Below are positions 18,634-39,371 of a stretch of DNA of 48,783 nucleotides, piece by piece. The notes beneath the pieces were generated by a model. It was not told the origin of the DNA. It was given only the letters and a program-made list of their open reading frames with translations, and made no database searches. How positions within the stretch are numbered: position 1 is the stretch's first letter; each line of letters begins with the position of its first letter. The DNA comes from Candidatus Aenigmatarchaeota archaeon (lineage in GTDB: Archaea; Aenigmatarchaeota; Aenigmatarchaeia; QMZP01; QMZT01): the NCBI GenBank assembly GCA_043808015.1, contig JAZDFI010000034.1, positions 1-48,783 on the forward strand. The letters run 5' to 3'. Made by a program: the position numbers and the translations under genes.

Positions 18634-19557
18634 ATGGATTCTTACGAAGTCATTATAATCGGTCTCGGCCCCGCGGGATGCACGGCCGGCATTTACGCCA
18701 CGAGGTTCGGACTGAAAACGCTAGTTATAGGCAAGGAACCCGGCGGTCAGGCCAACGAGGCGTACGAAGTCGACAACTACCCGGGCATGCTGCGCGTGAA
18801 GGGCATGGATATAATGAACAAGTTCCGCGAGCAGACCAAGGAGCTGGGCGCGGAGATTATCTATACAGACGTCGTTGACATAAATAAGAAAGGCGACGGC
18901 TTCATCGTCAAGACGGAAAGCGACGAATACGGGACGAAGTCGGTCATAATCGCGACGGGCGCGAAGAAGCGCAGGCTCGACATACCCGGCGAGAACGAGC
19001 TGAGGGGACGGGGGATATCGTACTGCGGCACGTGCGACGCGCCGTTCTATAAGGGGAAGACGGTCGTCGTTGTGGGCGGCGGCAGTTCGGCCGTGATGAC
19101 GGCGCTCATGCTGACCGAGCACGCGAAAAAAATCTACATCGCTTACCGCAAATGCAAGAAAGACATGCGGGCCATGCCGGCCTGGGTGACGTCTGCAGAG
19201 GCGAATCCCAAGATAGAGATGGTCTTCAACGCCGTGCCGAAGAGAATAGAAGGCAGCAACCTCGTCGAAGCCATGGTTTTCGATAAGGAAGGCAAGACGC
19301 TGCGGCTGAAGGTCGAAGGCGTTTTTGTAGAGATAGGCTCGATTCCACAGACCGAGCTAGCGCAAAAGCTCGGCGCGGTCCTGGAAAAAAGCGGCAAGAT
19401 AAAAGTCGGGCACGACATGACGACGAGCGTCAGGGGCGTTTTCGCCGCGGGCGACGTGACCGGAGGTTCGGCGGACTTCGAACAGATAATCATCGCGGCC
19501 AGCGAAGGTGCGAACGCCGCGCGCTCCGCATACAAATACGTCAGGAAGCGCGACTGA
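18634..19557 (+). CDS. trxB: thioredoxin reductase
   Basis: GLGPAG, ATGA, YCGTCD, VVGGG, FAAGD. Confidence 0.93.
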   Translation: MDSYEVIIIGLGPAGCTAGIYATRFGLKTLVIGKEPGGQANEAYEVDNYPGMLRVKGMDIMNKFREQTKELGAEIIYTDVVDINKKGDGFIVKTESDEYGTKSVIIATGAKKRRLDIPGENELRGRGISYCGTCDAPFYKGKTVVVVGGGSSAVMTALMLTEHAKKIYIAYRKCKKDMRAMPAWVTSAEANPKIEMVFNAVPKRIEGSNLVEAMVFDKEGKTLRLKVEGVFVEIGSIPQTELAQKLGAVLEKSGKIKVGHDMTTSVRGVFAAGDVTGGSADFEQIIIAASEGANAARSAYKYVRKRD

Positions 19558-19668
19558 TTTTTAATTATTTTGTCAGAAACAAAGAATACAAACTCTAATA
19601 AATCTTGATTGTAAATAAAATACTACATTTATTTTCAAAATAAAACGTAAGGGGACTGGTGGTTGTTG

Positions 19669-20955
19669 ATGGCAGGAAAAGCAACGGCATTAAAAGCTGA
19701 AGTCAAGGCTGAGATGAAAGTTGATCCTTTCGAGTCTGCGCAGAAGCAGCTCAAAAAGGCGATAGATGTTCTTAAAATGGGAGACGACGTTTACGAGATC
19801 CTGAAAAACGTCAACGAATACCTGGAAGTATCGATTCCCGTCAGGATGGATAGTGGGAAGATCAGGGTTTTCAAGGGATACCGAGCGCATCACAACAACA
19901 TGCGCGGCCCGTACAAGGGCGGCATACGCTTCCACCCGGACGTCAACATAAGCGAGGTCAAAGCTCTCGCTTCCTGGATGACGTGGAAGTGTTCCGTCGT
20001 CGGCATTCCATACGGCGGCGCGAAGGGCGGCGTCGTGTGCAACCCGAAAGAGATGAGCGACACCGAGCTCGAGCGGCTTTCTCGCGGATACATCCGCTCC
20101 ATCGGCGATTTCATCGGGCCGAAAAAAGACATTCCCGCTCCGGACGTCTACACCACGCCGAAGATAATGTCGTGGATGATGGATGAATACTCGAAGCACA
20201 AAGGCTACAACGCGCCGGGCGTGATAACGGGAAAGCCGGTCGACGCGTTCGGTTCCGAGGGACGAGACGAAGCAACGGGCCTGGGCCTTTACGTCATCAC
20301 AAGGGAACTGCTCAAATACCTCAAGATTGACCCGAAGAAAATGAAGGCCGTGATACAGGGGTACGGCAATCTCGGCCACGTGGTCGCCGACCAGTATGAT
20401 AAGATGGGAATACGCGTAATCGCCGCGTCCGATTCAAAAGGCGGCATATACAACCCCGACGGCATCAGGCCGGCTGACATAATGGCGCAGAAGGACAAGA
20501 CCGGCAGCGTCGTGGGCCTTAAGGGAACGAAGCCGATAAGCAACGAGGAGCTGTTCACCCTGAAATGCGACATCCTCGTCCCGTGCGCGCTCGAGAACGT
20601 GATAACGAAGGAGAACGCGGCCAAGATACAGGCGAAGTTCATCATCGAGGGAGCGAACGGACCGACGACGCCTGAAGCGGATGAGATGCTTTTCAAAAAA
20701 GGCGTGACAGTCGTGCCTGACATCCTCGCGAACGCGGGCGGCGTGACGGTCTCGTATTTCGAGTGGGTCCAGAACAACATGAACTATTACTGGTCCAAGG
20801 ACGAAGTCAATGAAAAGCTCGACAAGCTCATGAAAAAGGCGTTCAAGGGCGTCGCCGAGCTGAAAGACAAGCACAACGTCGACATGAGGACGGCGGCTTA
20901 CATACTTTCGGTCAAGCGCGTCGCTGAAGCGATGAAATGGAGAGGCGTCGGGTAG
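19669..20955 (+). CDS. gdhA: glutamate dehydrogenase (Glu/Leu/Phe/Val family)
   Basis: GPYKGGIRF, GGAKGG, DIPAPD, QGYGNLG, EGANGP, NAGGVTVSYFEW. Confidence 0.95.
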   Translation: MAGKATALKAEVKAEMKVDPFESAQKQLKKAIDVLKMGDDVYEILKNVNEYLEVSIPVRMDSGKIRVFKGYRAHHNNMRGPYKGGIRFHPDVNISEVKALASWMTWKCSVVGIPYGGAKGGVVCNPKEMSDTELERLSRGYIRSIGDFIGPKKDIPAPDVYTTPKIMSWMMDEYSKHKGYNAPGVITGKPVDAFGSEGRDEATGLGLYVITRELLKYLKIDPKKMKAVIQGYGNLGHVVADQYDKMGIRVIAASDSKGGIYNPDGIRPADIMAQKDKTGSVVGLKGTKPISNEELFTLKCDILVPCALENVITKENAAKIQAKFIIEGANGPTTPEADEMLFKKGVTVVPDILANAGGVTVSYFEWVQNNMNYYWSKDEVNEKLDKLMKKAFKGVAELKDKHNVDMRTAAYILSVKRVAEAMKWRGVG

Positions 20956-20963
20956 GTGCTGAA

Positions 20964-21290
20964 ATGACGGGAACTGTGGCAGAGCTTAGCGACGAGAACT
21001 TCGGCGAATTCGTCAAGAAGCACAAGGTCGCGCTGGTCGATTTTTATGCGGACTGGTGCGGCCCGTGCCAGGCCATGAAGCCGGTCATCGACGAGCTGGC
21101 CGGCGAGATGAAAGGGAAAGTTGCGTTCGCGAAAGCGAACATCGACCAGGCCGCCGCCGTCGCTAGCAAGTACGGCGTCATGTCCATCCCGACGCTGATG
21201 ATATTCAAAAACGGCAAGATGATGGACAGGCTCGTGGGAGCGATGCCGAAGGACATGATAAAGCAGCGGCTCGCCAAAATGGTCGAGTAA
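20964..21290 (+). CDS. trxA: thioredoxin
   Basis: DFYADWCGPC...MSIPTL; SD AGGTG before ATG 20964. Confidence 0.95.
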   Translation: MTGTVAELSDENFGEFVKKHKVALVDFYADWCGPCQAMKPVIDELAGEMKGKVAFAKANIDQAAAVASKYGVMSIPTLMIFKNGKMMDRLVGAMPKDMIKQRLAKMVE

Positions 21291-21400
21291 AAGAGTGATA
21301 ACATGCGACATCAGGAAACGGATAGCGGAAACGTTTAAACAATACGCTGGTTGCGCAAATTCTGAAAAGCATAAATAGTTAAATAATAATTAAATATAAC

Positions 21401-28819
<7,419 letters not shown>

Positions 28820-28863
28820 ACCGGATTCGATACGGCAGTGAAAACGGGAGTGAGTGTGTTGGA

Positions 28864-29280
28864 ATGAAGGGTATTTCACCGCTGGTAGCCACCATAATGC
28901 TGATAGCCTTCGCTCTTGCGGTTTCCGGCATGCTTTTCTCGTGGGTTTATCAGTTCACATATTCGCAGAGAGAGGAATTGCAGATATGCTCCTCGGCGCA
29001 GATATCGCTTAACAAGGCATATTACAACCCGGAAACGGGCAACATCAACATGGTCGTTTATAATACAGGCGGCGTGCCGCTGACGGGATTTGCCGTGCTC
29101 ATATCGACTGACAAAACCGCTGAGACGTCCAGGGAATTCGCTGCGAAAGAGGTCGCAGTGAACGACATAGGCCTTTTCCCGGTGAAGTACGTCGAGGGCG
29201 TCCGCTCGATAGTCGTGCAGTCCACCCAGTGCAGGAACGCGCAGGACATGATAAGCATATATGACGTAGAGGGACTGTGA
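28864..29280 (+). CDS. archaeal type IV pilin-like protein (class III signal peptide)
   Basis: MKG|ISPLVATIMLIAFALAVSGML prepilin motif; YNTG in globular domain. Confidence 0.9.
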   Translation: MKGISPLVATIMLIAFALAVSGMLFSWVYQFTYSQREELQICSSAQISLNKAYYNPETGNINMVVYNTGGVPLTGFAVLISTDKTAETSREFAAKEVAVNDIGLFPVKYVEGVRSIVVQSTQCRNAQDMISIYDVEGL

Positions 29281-29329
29281 CTGTAATATATACTAAATAA
29301 AAATGATATGATATTGGAGAGTGAGGATA

Positions 29330-31237
29330 ATGTGTAAAACTAAAAACAGGGCAGTGTCAGCAGTTTTTCTTGTTTTAATATCATGCGTTTTAATCTTCAT
29401 AAGTTTTTCATCAGTCCAGGCGGCTGTCGCGGTTAAAGTCGAAAAAGCATGGGACTGCTCCAGCGGCTTCTCGTGCAGAAGCGATACGCTTGGCCTGTGC
29501 ACATCGACGCTTAAGCCATATCTTAAAATGTTCAACAACCAGTATTCCTTCACTCTCCCAGTCGACAAGCCCGCTGCATACAAGTGCACGATAACGGCCA
29601 CCGCGAACCACTTCGACTTCCCGGAAGGGAAGACGGACGAGCCTAACGAAGTCACGGACGTCTCGTTAAACGGCAACAAAATCGGTTCGACCACGGACAG
29701 CTGGTGCCAGCCGGGCAGCGTGCCTTGCGTCAACCCGGATGTGTGCACGACATGCCTGTCATACGGATGCACGCAGAGTTACAATGGGGACTGCCCTAAT
29801 GGCTGTTCTTGTGGATGCAGATATACCGGCCAGGCGGATGGTGCCATTAAAGGCGGAGGGATTGCCCTCGGCGGGCAGACTAAAGTTTGTTTCACAATAA
29901 ATGAGGCGCTGGCAACCAGCAACGACGACAAGCCCGTGGTGTTTGGCTTTTACAACCCGAACAGCAGGCAATGGGTACAGATACGGCACAGGGGCGGACC
30001 AAAAACACTTGAGACAAGGGCCGGCTTCTGCTTTGGCTGCGACTGCACCAACTGGTGCGGAGTAGAGACTAGTCAAGGTGATCCTGCCGGCGTCGCGGGC
30101 ACGGTTTACGAGATTGCATACGCGAAAGGCGGATTTACTGTTACTTTTGGTCCTGCCGGAGGAAACAAGATAACTTTGAGCGCCGACTCGACCGTTAAAA
30201 GCCTTTATCCGGGAGGCTTCGATTTCACATATTACTGCATACCGGGAACCGCAGGATGCGTCTGGCGCCATCCCTACCCTTACGCGCCGGCTGGGACGGT
30301 AACGATAGTCGACTGCGGCGGCGGCACGACATGCGACAACGACGGCATATGCGAAGCTGGTGAAACTGTTGCTAATTGCCCGAACGATTGCACTGGTGGT
30401 TGCTTCCCTGCTGGAACGTCGATAAAGATGGCCGACGGGTCGTCTAAGGGCATAGAGGACGTGAAAAAAGGGGACATGGTGCTTTCTTTCCAAAATGAAA
30501 AGATTGTTTCGAGCAAAGTTGCTGAGGCCTACGCGCCCATTAAAGATTACGTTTATCTCATAAAAACAGGGACCAGCGACGTGAAGGCGACTGGCGAACA
30601 TCCTTTCTACACGGGCAAAGGCGTTTTCATCACCGCGGACGATTTGAAAGTTGGCGACGTTATCTACGTCCTGAAAAACGGAGCGTTATCGCCTGAAAAA
30701 ATCACGTCAAAGGAGCTGCTCATGGAGCCGGTTGACGTTTACAACCTGAAAATCGAAGGGACTGAAACGTTCTTCGCGGACCAGTTTGCAGTCCACAACA
30801 AAAATCCCGACTGCTTCCTTCCAGGCACCAAGATACTCATGGCCGACGGCAGCGAAAAGAACATAGAGGACATAAAATTCGGTGACGTGGTGATGTCATT
30901 CGAGGATGAGAAGCTCATTCCAAGACCCGTGAACAAGATTTTCCCGACTTCGAAGGACAATTACATATTGCTTAAGACGGAAAACCATGAAGCGAAAGTC
31001 AGGGGGACCCACAAGTTTTACGTGGGCAACGGCGTTTTCAAAAGGCTAAACGACATTGTCGTTGGCGACGTCATTTACGTTCTTGAGAACAGCAAACTTG
31101 TTCCGGAAAAAGTCATATCAAAAGAACTGAAAAAGGAAGCTGTTGATGTGTATAATTTCGAGGTGGCGGGCTCGCACACTTATATTGCAAACGGATTTGC
31201 AGTGCACAATATAAAAGTTGATCCGAATCCGATATAA
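29330..31237 (+). CDS. secreted Cys-rich paralog A with two tandem C-terminal Hint domains
   Basis: Signal peptide; shared FDFPEGK...NEVTDVSLNG...DSWC module; CFPAGT...VHN and CFLPGT...VHN. Confidence 0.88.
   Translation: MCKTKNRAVSAVFLVLISCVLIFISFSSVQAAVAVKVEKAWDCSSGFSCRSDTLGLCTSTLKPYLKMFNNQYSFTLPVDKPAAYKCTITATANHFDFPEGKTDEPNEVTDVSLNGNKIGSTTDSWCQPGSVPCVNPDVCTTCLSYGCTQSYNGDCPNGCSCGCRYTGQADGAIKGGGIALGGQTKVCFTINEALATSNDDKPVVFGFYNPNSRQWVQIRHRGGPKTLETRAGFCFGCDCTNWCGVETSQGDPAGVAGTVYEIAYAKGGFTVTFGPAGGNKITLSADSTVKSLYPGGFDFTYYCIPGTAGCVWRHPYPYAPAGTVTIVDCGGGTTCDNDGICEAGETVANCPNDCTGGCFPAGTSIKMADGSSKGIEDVKKGDMVLSFQNEKIVSSKVAEAYAPIKDYVYLIKTGTSDVKATGEHPFYTGKGVFITADDLKVGDVIYVLKNGALSPEKITSKELLMEPVDVYNLKIEGTETFFADQFAVHNKNPDCFLPGTKILMADGSEKNIEDIKFGDVVMSFEDEKLIPRPVNKIFPTSKDNYILLKTENHEAKVRGTHKFYVGNGVFKRLNDIVVGDVIYVLENSKLVPEKVISKELKKEAVDVYNFEVAGSHTYIANGFAVHNIKVDPNPI
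29461..29728 (+). repeat. dispersed direct repeat, copy 1 (copy 2 at 37427-37694)
   Basis: Long exact stretches shared, e.g. TATCTTAAAATGTTCAACAACCAGTATTCCTTCACTCTCCCAGTCGACAAGCC. Confidence 0.9.
30401..31210 (+). other. tandem Hint (BIL/Hedgehog-like) domains, 30401-30799 and 30812-31210
   Basis: Each 133 aa: Cys1, block B His (TGEH; RGTH), DVYN, terminal His-Asn; KNPD linker; +1 residues K and I. Confidence 0.9.
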
Positions 31238-31284
31238 ATTTCATGTTGTCACATGCGTATGATATTGATTGGAGGTGTTGGAGA

Positions 31285-34701
<3,417 letters not shown>

Positions 34702-34730
34702 TCGCACAGGCGCGCGAGGGTTTGAAAAGC

Positions 34731-36005
34731 ATGAAAAGGGATAGAGTCTTAACTTGGTCTTTCATTTTATTTACAGTTACGGCTGCAGCTTTGCTTGCAG
34801 CCGCACTAATGCCCGCGGATTCGATGGCTGCGAGCACAACAACCATAGCAAAGGACTGGACCTGCGCTAATGGCGGTTTCAACAACTGCTTCAAAACCGG
34901 GTGCATGTTAGAGAAACAACAGTCGATGGGCGGTAAGTCATATACCCTCGCTTTCGAAGCGCCCAAAACGGGCGACTACAAATGCGCGATAAAGGCGGTG
35001 GCCAATCAATTCGACTTCCCTGAAGGAAAAGCTGAAATCAACGAGGTAACTGACGTCTCGTTAAACGGCGTCAAGGTCGGCTCGACCACGGACAGCTGGT
35101 GTCCGCCCGGCGGCACAGTCACTCCACCAGAGCTTCCCAATCCGTGCGAAGAAGCTTACAAAAAAGACATGTATGCGTGCAACAAGGACGCTTTGGGTAT
35201 CGGTTGTTCATGGATTTATGACATGCCAGGGTGCGGAACGCTGGCAACCTGCCAGGGCGTGGCCGCTGAATGGCACTGCCACATGCGCGTGTGCAACTGG
35301 GTCAGCACCGCGACGCCCAGATGCAACGTTTTAAAATACGAGGGCACCGCCTGGGACAATCCCAAGTTATGCTCGCAGTACAACGGCAACGCAGCCACGT
35401 GCAACGACTACAACAAACACAAAGGCCTCGTCTGCTGCTACGACGCCGGTTCCGGAAAATGTTACGATGACCCATGTATGATTTGGTATCATACAAGGGT
35501 TTTGAAGATGTACGACCCATGGGTGGCCGGTGGCATGACTGCCCAGCAGGCGGAAGACGAGCTTGAGGCACACTGCGAAGGAGGCAGTGTACAGCAAAAC
35601 CCGACTTATTATGTGATGAAACCCAGCGGATTGTGCCAGTGGGACAGCGGCTGGGATAAAGCTACCGCCAAATTCGCATTCCCATGCAGATGCAGCACGA
35701 ACTTCGCCGGCACCGGCAGGAATATTTATCTGGACAGAAGCGGCAGCCCGAGCTGCAAAGCTACCGGACAAACATGTACAATCAATACCGAATGCTGCTC
35801 GAACATATGCACTGGCGGCAAATGCCAAAGTGACGGCTCCATATGCAAAGTAGTAGGGCAAACCTGTTCGGGCAACAGCGAATGCTGTTCAGACATATGC
35901 ACCAACGGTATATGCCAAAGCACACCTTGTGAAATACCTTGCGGCATCAGATGTTGTTCGGATGGTCAAGAATGCATAAATGATAAATGTGTATGGCAAG
36001 ATTAA
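34731..36005 (+). CDS. secreted Cys-rich paralog B with C-terminal knottin-like repeats
   Basis: Signal peptide; shared N-module; 2 x C-x6-C-x5-CC-x3-C-x4-C; no TM anchor. Confidence 0.82.
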   Translation: MKRDRVLTWSFILFTVTAAALLAAALMPADSMAASTTTIAKDWTCANGGFNNCFKTGCMLEKQQSMGGKSYTLAFEAPKTGDYKCAIKAVANQFDFPEGKAEINEVTDVSLNGVKVGSTTDSWCPPGGTVTPPELPNPCEEAYKKDMYACNKDALGIGCSWIYDMPGCGTLATCQGVAAEWHCHMRVCNWVSTATPRCNVLKYEGTAWDNPKLCSQYNGNAATCNDYNKHKGLVCCYDAGSGKCYDDPCMIWYHTRVLKMYDPWVAGGMTAQQAEDELEAHCEGGSVQQNPTYYVMKPSGLCQWDSGWDKATAKFAFPCRCSTNFAGTGRNIYLDRSGSPSCKATGQTCTINTECCSNICTGGKCQSDGSICKVVGQTCSGNSECCSDICTNGICQSTPCEIPCGIRCCSDGQECINDKCVWQD

Positions 36006-36019
36006 AATGTCGTGTTGAT

Positions 36020-37270
36020 ATGAAAAATAAAATAAATTCAGCAATACTGATAGCGTTTTTAATGATGTTCACTAGCATCAGCGTAGTTTATATTTCATGC
36101 ACAGCCTCCGCAGCCCAGTCCACGGTCACGATAGATAAAACCTTCACCTGTTCGGACGGCTTCAGCTCGGGCTGCTTCAAGACCGGTTGTATGGCAGAGA
36201 AACAGCTCAAGATGAGCAACAACCAGTATACCCTAGCGTTCGCCGCACCAAAAACAGGTGATTACAAGTGCACGATTAAAGCCGTGGCCAATTACTTCAA
36301 CTTTCCTGAAGGAAAAGCTGAAACCAACGAGGTGACGGACGTAAAGCTCAACGGCGTCAAGGTCGGTTCGACCAAGGATGAATGGTGCCCGCCCGGCGGG
36401 ACCACGAAACCTCCAACCGGATGCGACCTGAATTTGGAATGCTGCGAAACGAGGGCGACACCATGTGATTGTAACATTTTCCCTGAACCTAGCTGCAGCA
36501 ACGAGTGCAAACTGGATGATCCGAGCTGTCCTTGCGCAAAACCATACCTTCTCTGCGACGACGACCCGACGAATTTGAAATTGATGATAAGCATGGGAAA
36601 AGAAATGACAATGAGCCTCGAGAAATGCAAGCCGGGTGCCGTGGCTTTTGTAAGGGAAGGCGGCTTCAAACCCCGCTGCCAGAACTGGCAGTTCAGCACG
36701 ACGACCGTGAAAAGCAAAGGCGGGCAGGATGTCCGCTGTCCTGTATCCGCTACCATAACCGGCGGCAAGCTGATAGCGACGTACGATTGCAGCATAACGC
36801 GCAATTACAACATCAAGCTGGATTTCCTTACAGTCGGTAAGAGTTATACCTTGGGCGTCTGGTCGTCATCGACAAGCGCCGCGAGCTGGAGCACCATCAA
36901 CGCCTGCGCCACGGGATTCGCGCCTTATTATGCTGAAACAAAAGCCGACAAGGGCGACGGCTTATGCATTGGCGGCGGACCGCCGCCGGCCAACTGCGGC
37001 AACGGAGTGATAAACCCACCCGAGGAGTGCGATTGTCAAATATTGGGCGGAGAGAAAATATGCAACATGAACGGCAAGACTGATTGCTTATCACTAAACG
37101 TGGGCTACGTTTCAGGAATCCTTAAATGTACAAGTACCTGCACTTTCGATAAAAGCGAATGCAAAATATGCGGACCGGGTGAAACTCTTTGTGTGGACAA
37201 ATGCTGCCCCGTTGGTTCCACTTGTGACATTCCGACCCACACGTGCAGCAATGAGAAACTGCCGAATTAA
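36020..37270 (+). CDS. secreted Cys-rich paralog C
   Basis: Signal peptide; shared N-module; CGNGVINPPEECD (myxobacterial-type Cys-rich repeat) near the C-terminus; no TM anchor. Confidence 0.82.
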   Translation: MKNKINSAILIAFLMMFTSISVVYISCTASAAQSTVTIDKTFTCSDGFSSGCFKTGCMAEKQLKMSNNQYTLAFAAPKTGDYKCTIKAVANYFNFPEGKAETNEVTDVKLNGVKVGSTKDEWCPPGGTTKPPTGCDLNLECCETRATPCDCNIFPEPSCSNECKLDDPSCPCAKPYLLCDDDPTNLKLMISMGKEMTMSLEKCKPGAVAFVREGGFKPRCQNWQFSTTTVKSKGGQDVRCPVSATITGGKLIATYDCSITRNYNIKLDFLTVGKSYTLGVWSSSTSAASWSTINACATGFAPYYAETKADKGDGLCIGGGPPPANCGNGVINPPEECDCQILGGEKICNMNGKTDCLSLNVGYVSGILKCTSTCTFDKSECKICGPGETLCVDKCCPVGSTCDIPTHTCSNEKLPN

Positions 37271-37295
37271 GGCGTCAGGAAGCTATGATGATATT

Positions 37296-38711
37296 ATGAA
37301 AAATAAAACCGCTTTTGATATTTTGGCAGTTTTTACGCTATTGTTCGTTTCTGTAACTCTTGTTTACGGTTCAGGCACGGCCTCCGCCCAGTCCACGGTC
37401 ACTATAGATAAAACCTTCGCATGCGGCAGCGGCTTCTCGTGCAGAAGCGATACGCTTGGCCTGTGCCAGTCGACGCTCCAGCCTTATCTTAAAATGTTCA
37501 ACAACCAGTATTCCTTCACTCTCCCAGTCGACAAGCCGGGCGACTACAAGTGCACGGTCAAAGTCACCGCGAACCACTTCGACTTCCCGGAAGGGAAGAC
37601 GGACGAGCCTAACGAAGTCACGGACGTCTCGCTGAACGGCGTCAAGGTCGGTTCGACCACGGACAGCTGGTGTCTGCCCGGAAGCGTGCCATGCACCAAG
37701 CCAAAAATATGCAGCGAGAAATGTCTTTCTGTGGGATGCATTCAGGGCTACAAAGGCGACTGTCCTGACTGCTCATGCCCTTGCCGAGACACAGGCGAAG
37801 CAGGGGGAGCGTTCCTGGGCGGTTCTGGAGCAAAAGTTTTCGCTTTCAACGGAAAGGTGTGCTTCAAAATATCCCAAAAATTAATTGACGATTATACGTG
37901 GCTGGACAAGGGAACTGTTATAGGAATCTATAATCCAGTTAACAGACAGACTATCCACGTAGTATACAGAGGCTGTTACAATACACCTATGTACAAGAAC
38001 AAAATAGAAATCGGGGCCGGCTTCTGCTTTGCCTGTTCCTGCACGAACTGGTGCGGCTTAGACAGCCCCGGCATATCATTTACCGGAAACGCGGATGCAA
38101 TTTATACAGTCGAAGCGGCAAATGGCAGCTATAGCGTGACTGCCAGGATGAAAATGCCCAACGTGGCCGAAAAAATTCAAAAACTTTTTGTCACCAGCAG
38201 CGATAAAAATAATCTCAAGAGCCTCTACCCTTCCGGTTTTAATCTCAACAAATATTGCCTGAACTGCTGCTCACAACACGCCACTCCCGTATGTGAGGGC
38301 GGTACGGGCGGTTACATGAAATTACCCTCTTCATTGGTTACTATAATCCCCTGCGATAGCTCTGCCTGCAAAACTGTAGGGGAAACCTGTTCAGGCAACA
38401 GCGACTGCTGTTCGGGTCAATGTATTGCAAGTATACCACCTGTGTGTGTTTCCGCCCCGAGCTGCAAAGCTGCAGGAGAAACCTGCTCACTCGGTAACGA
38501 ATGCTGTTCAGGCTTATCATGCACTGGCGGCAAATGTCAAAGCACTCCAAGTTGCAAAACTGCAGGTCAAACATGCTCCAGCGGCAGTGAATGCTGCTCC
38601 GAATTTTGTTCAGAAGCGGGCATATGCAAGGACTGCGACGAGCCATGCGGCATGAGATGCTGCGCGCCGGGAAGAATCTGTGTCAATAATCTGTGCCAGA
38701 TTGGTGAATGA
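37296..38711 (+). CDS. secreted Cys-rich paralog D with C-terminal knottin-like repeats
   Basis: Signal peptide; N-module and middle domain shared with paralog A; 3 x C-C-CC-C-C repeats. Confidence 0.82.
   Translation: MKNKTAFDILAVFTLLFVSVTLVYGSGTASAQSTVTIDKTFACGSGFSCRSDTLGLCQSTLQPYLKMFNNQYSFTLPVDKPGDYKCTVKVTANHFDFPEGKTDEPNEVTDVSLNGVKVGSTTDSWCLPGSVPCTKPKICSEKCLSVGCIQGYKGDCPDCSCPCRDTGEAGGAFLGGSGAKVFAFNGKVCFKISQKLIDDYTWLDKGTVIGIYNPVNRQTIHVVYRGCYNTPMYKNKIEIGAGFCFACSCTNWCGLDSPGISFTGNADAIYTVEAANGSYSVTARMKMPNVAEKIQKLFVTSSDKNNLKSLYPSGFNLNKYCLNCCSQHATPVCEGGTGGYMKLPSSLVTIIPCDSSACKTVGETCSGNSDCCSGQCIASIPPVCVSAPSCKAAGETCSLGNECCSGLSCTGGKCQSTPSCKTAGQTCSSGSECCSEFCSEAGICKDCDEPCGMRCCAPGRICVNNLCQIGE
37427..37694 (+). 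repeat. dispersed direct repeat, copy 2
   Basis: Colinear with 29461-29728. Confidence 0.9.
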
Positions 38712-38759
38712 TGTTACAGTAATGTATTGTATTTATAGTATGTATTACGCGTAAAGAAT

Positions 38760-39254
38760 TCAAGGCAGCCTGATGTCGGAAAGCAGCGTCATGTACCTGT
38801 CGAGACGGCGAATCTCCTTTTCGAGCATCTCTATCGCCTTCAGAACGTCTTTCTTGTCCTCGCCGTGCATGCCCTTCAGCTGCTCTTTCGCGCTCTCGAA
38901 GTCGGAAAGCGAGCCTGTTATGCCCTTCTTCACGCGCATGAGGAATATCTTCTTCAGCGATTCGAGCAGGTCGCCTGTCAGCTCGATGTAAAGCTTGCGG
39001 TCGCATGATTTCTTCACTTTCCTCACGATTCCAAGCACCTCGAGAAAGTCCATGCTGAGGGAAATCATGGAAATCGAATAGCCCGTCTTCCTGGCGATGT
39101 CCTGCAGCGGCATCGCTCCGCCGCCGACTATCAGGCATCCTATTATGTTGCCGTGTATAGGAGAAAAACCGATAGACTTCGCCAGGTCGGAGAACGTGTC
39201 CAGGATCTTCTTTTCAACTTCCTGAACACCTTTGTTCGCGTTATGGTCTTCCAT
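38760..39254 (-). CDS. GbsR/MarR-family wHTH transcriptional regulator
   Basis: IGFSPIHGNIIGCL...MPLQDIARKTGYSISMISLSM..LE.LGIVRKVKK..DRKLY. Confidence 0.85.
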   Translation of the reverse strand: MEDHNANKGVQEVEKKILDTFSDLAKSIGFSPIHGNIIGCLIVGGGAMPLQDIARKTGYSISMISLSMDFLEVLGIVRKVKKSCDRKLYIELTGDLLESLKKIFLMRVKKGITGSLSDFESAKEQLKGMHGEDKKDVLKAIEMLEKEIRRLDRYMTLLSDIRLP

Positions 39255-39307
39255 GCGCTATCAACCTGACCGGGTAAAATTTATAAACCCTTTGATTTAA
39301 TTAATAC

Positions 39308-39337
39308 TTGAACATTTAAAAGTTTTTAAAAGTTCAA
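39308..39337. promoter_or_regulatory. 30-bp near-perfect palindrome, candidate operator
   Basis: TTGAAC-A-TTTAAAA-GT-TTTTAAA-A-GTTCAA in the divergent intergenic region. Confidence 0.6.
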
Positions 39338-39371
39338 AATGTTAACATAAACTACTATTTAGCGTGATTGG

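Noticed and set aside
30401-31210. Hint domains as classical mobile inteins linked to the LAGLIDADG gene
   Set aside because: No Cys/Ser/Thr at +1, no endonuclease insert, and the host is a secreted protein; the LAGLIDADG gene is 10 kb away on the other strand and tied to tes.
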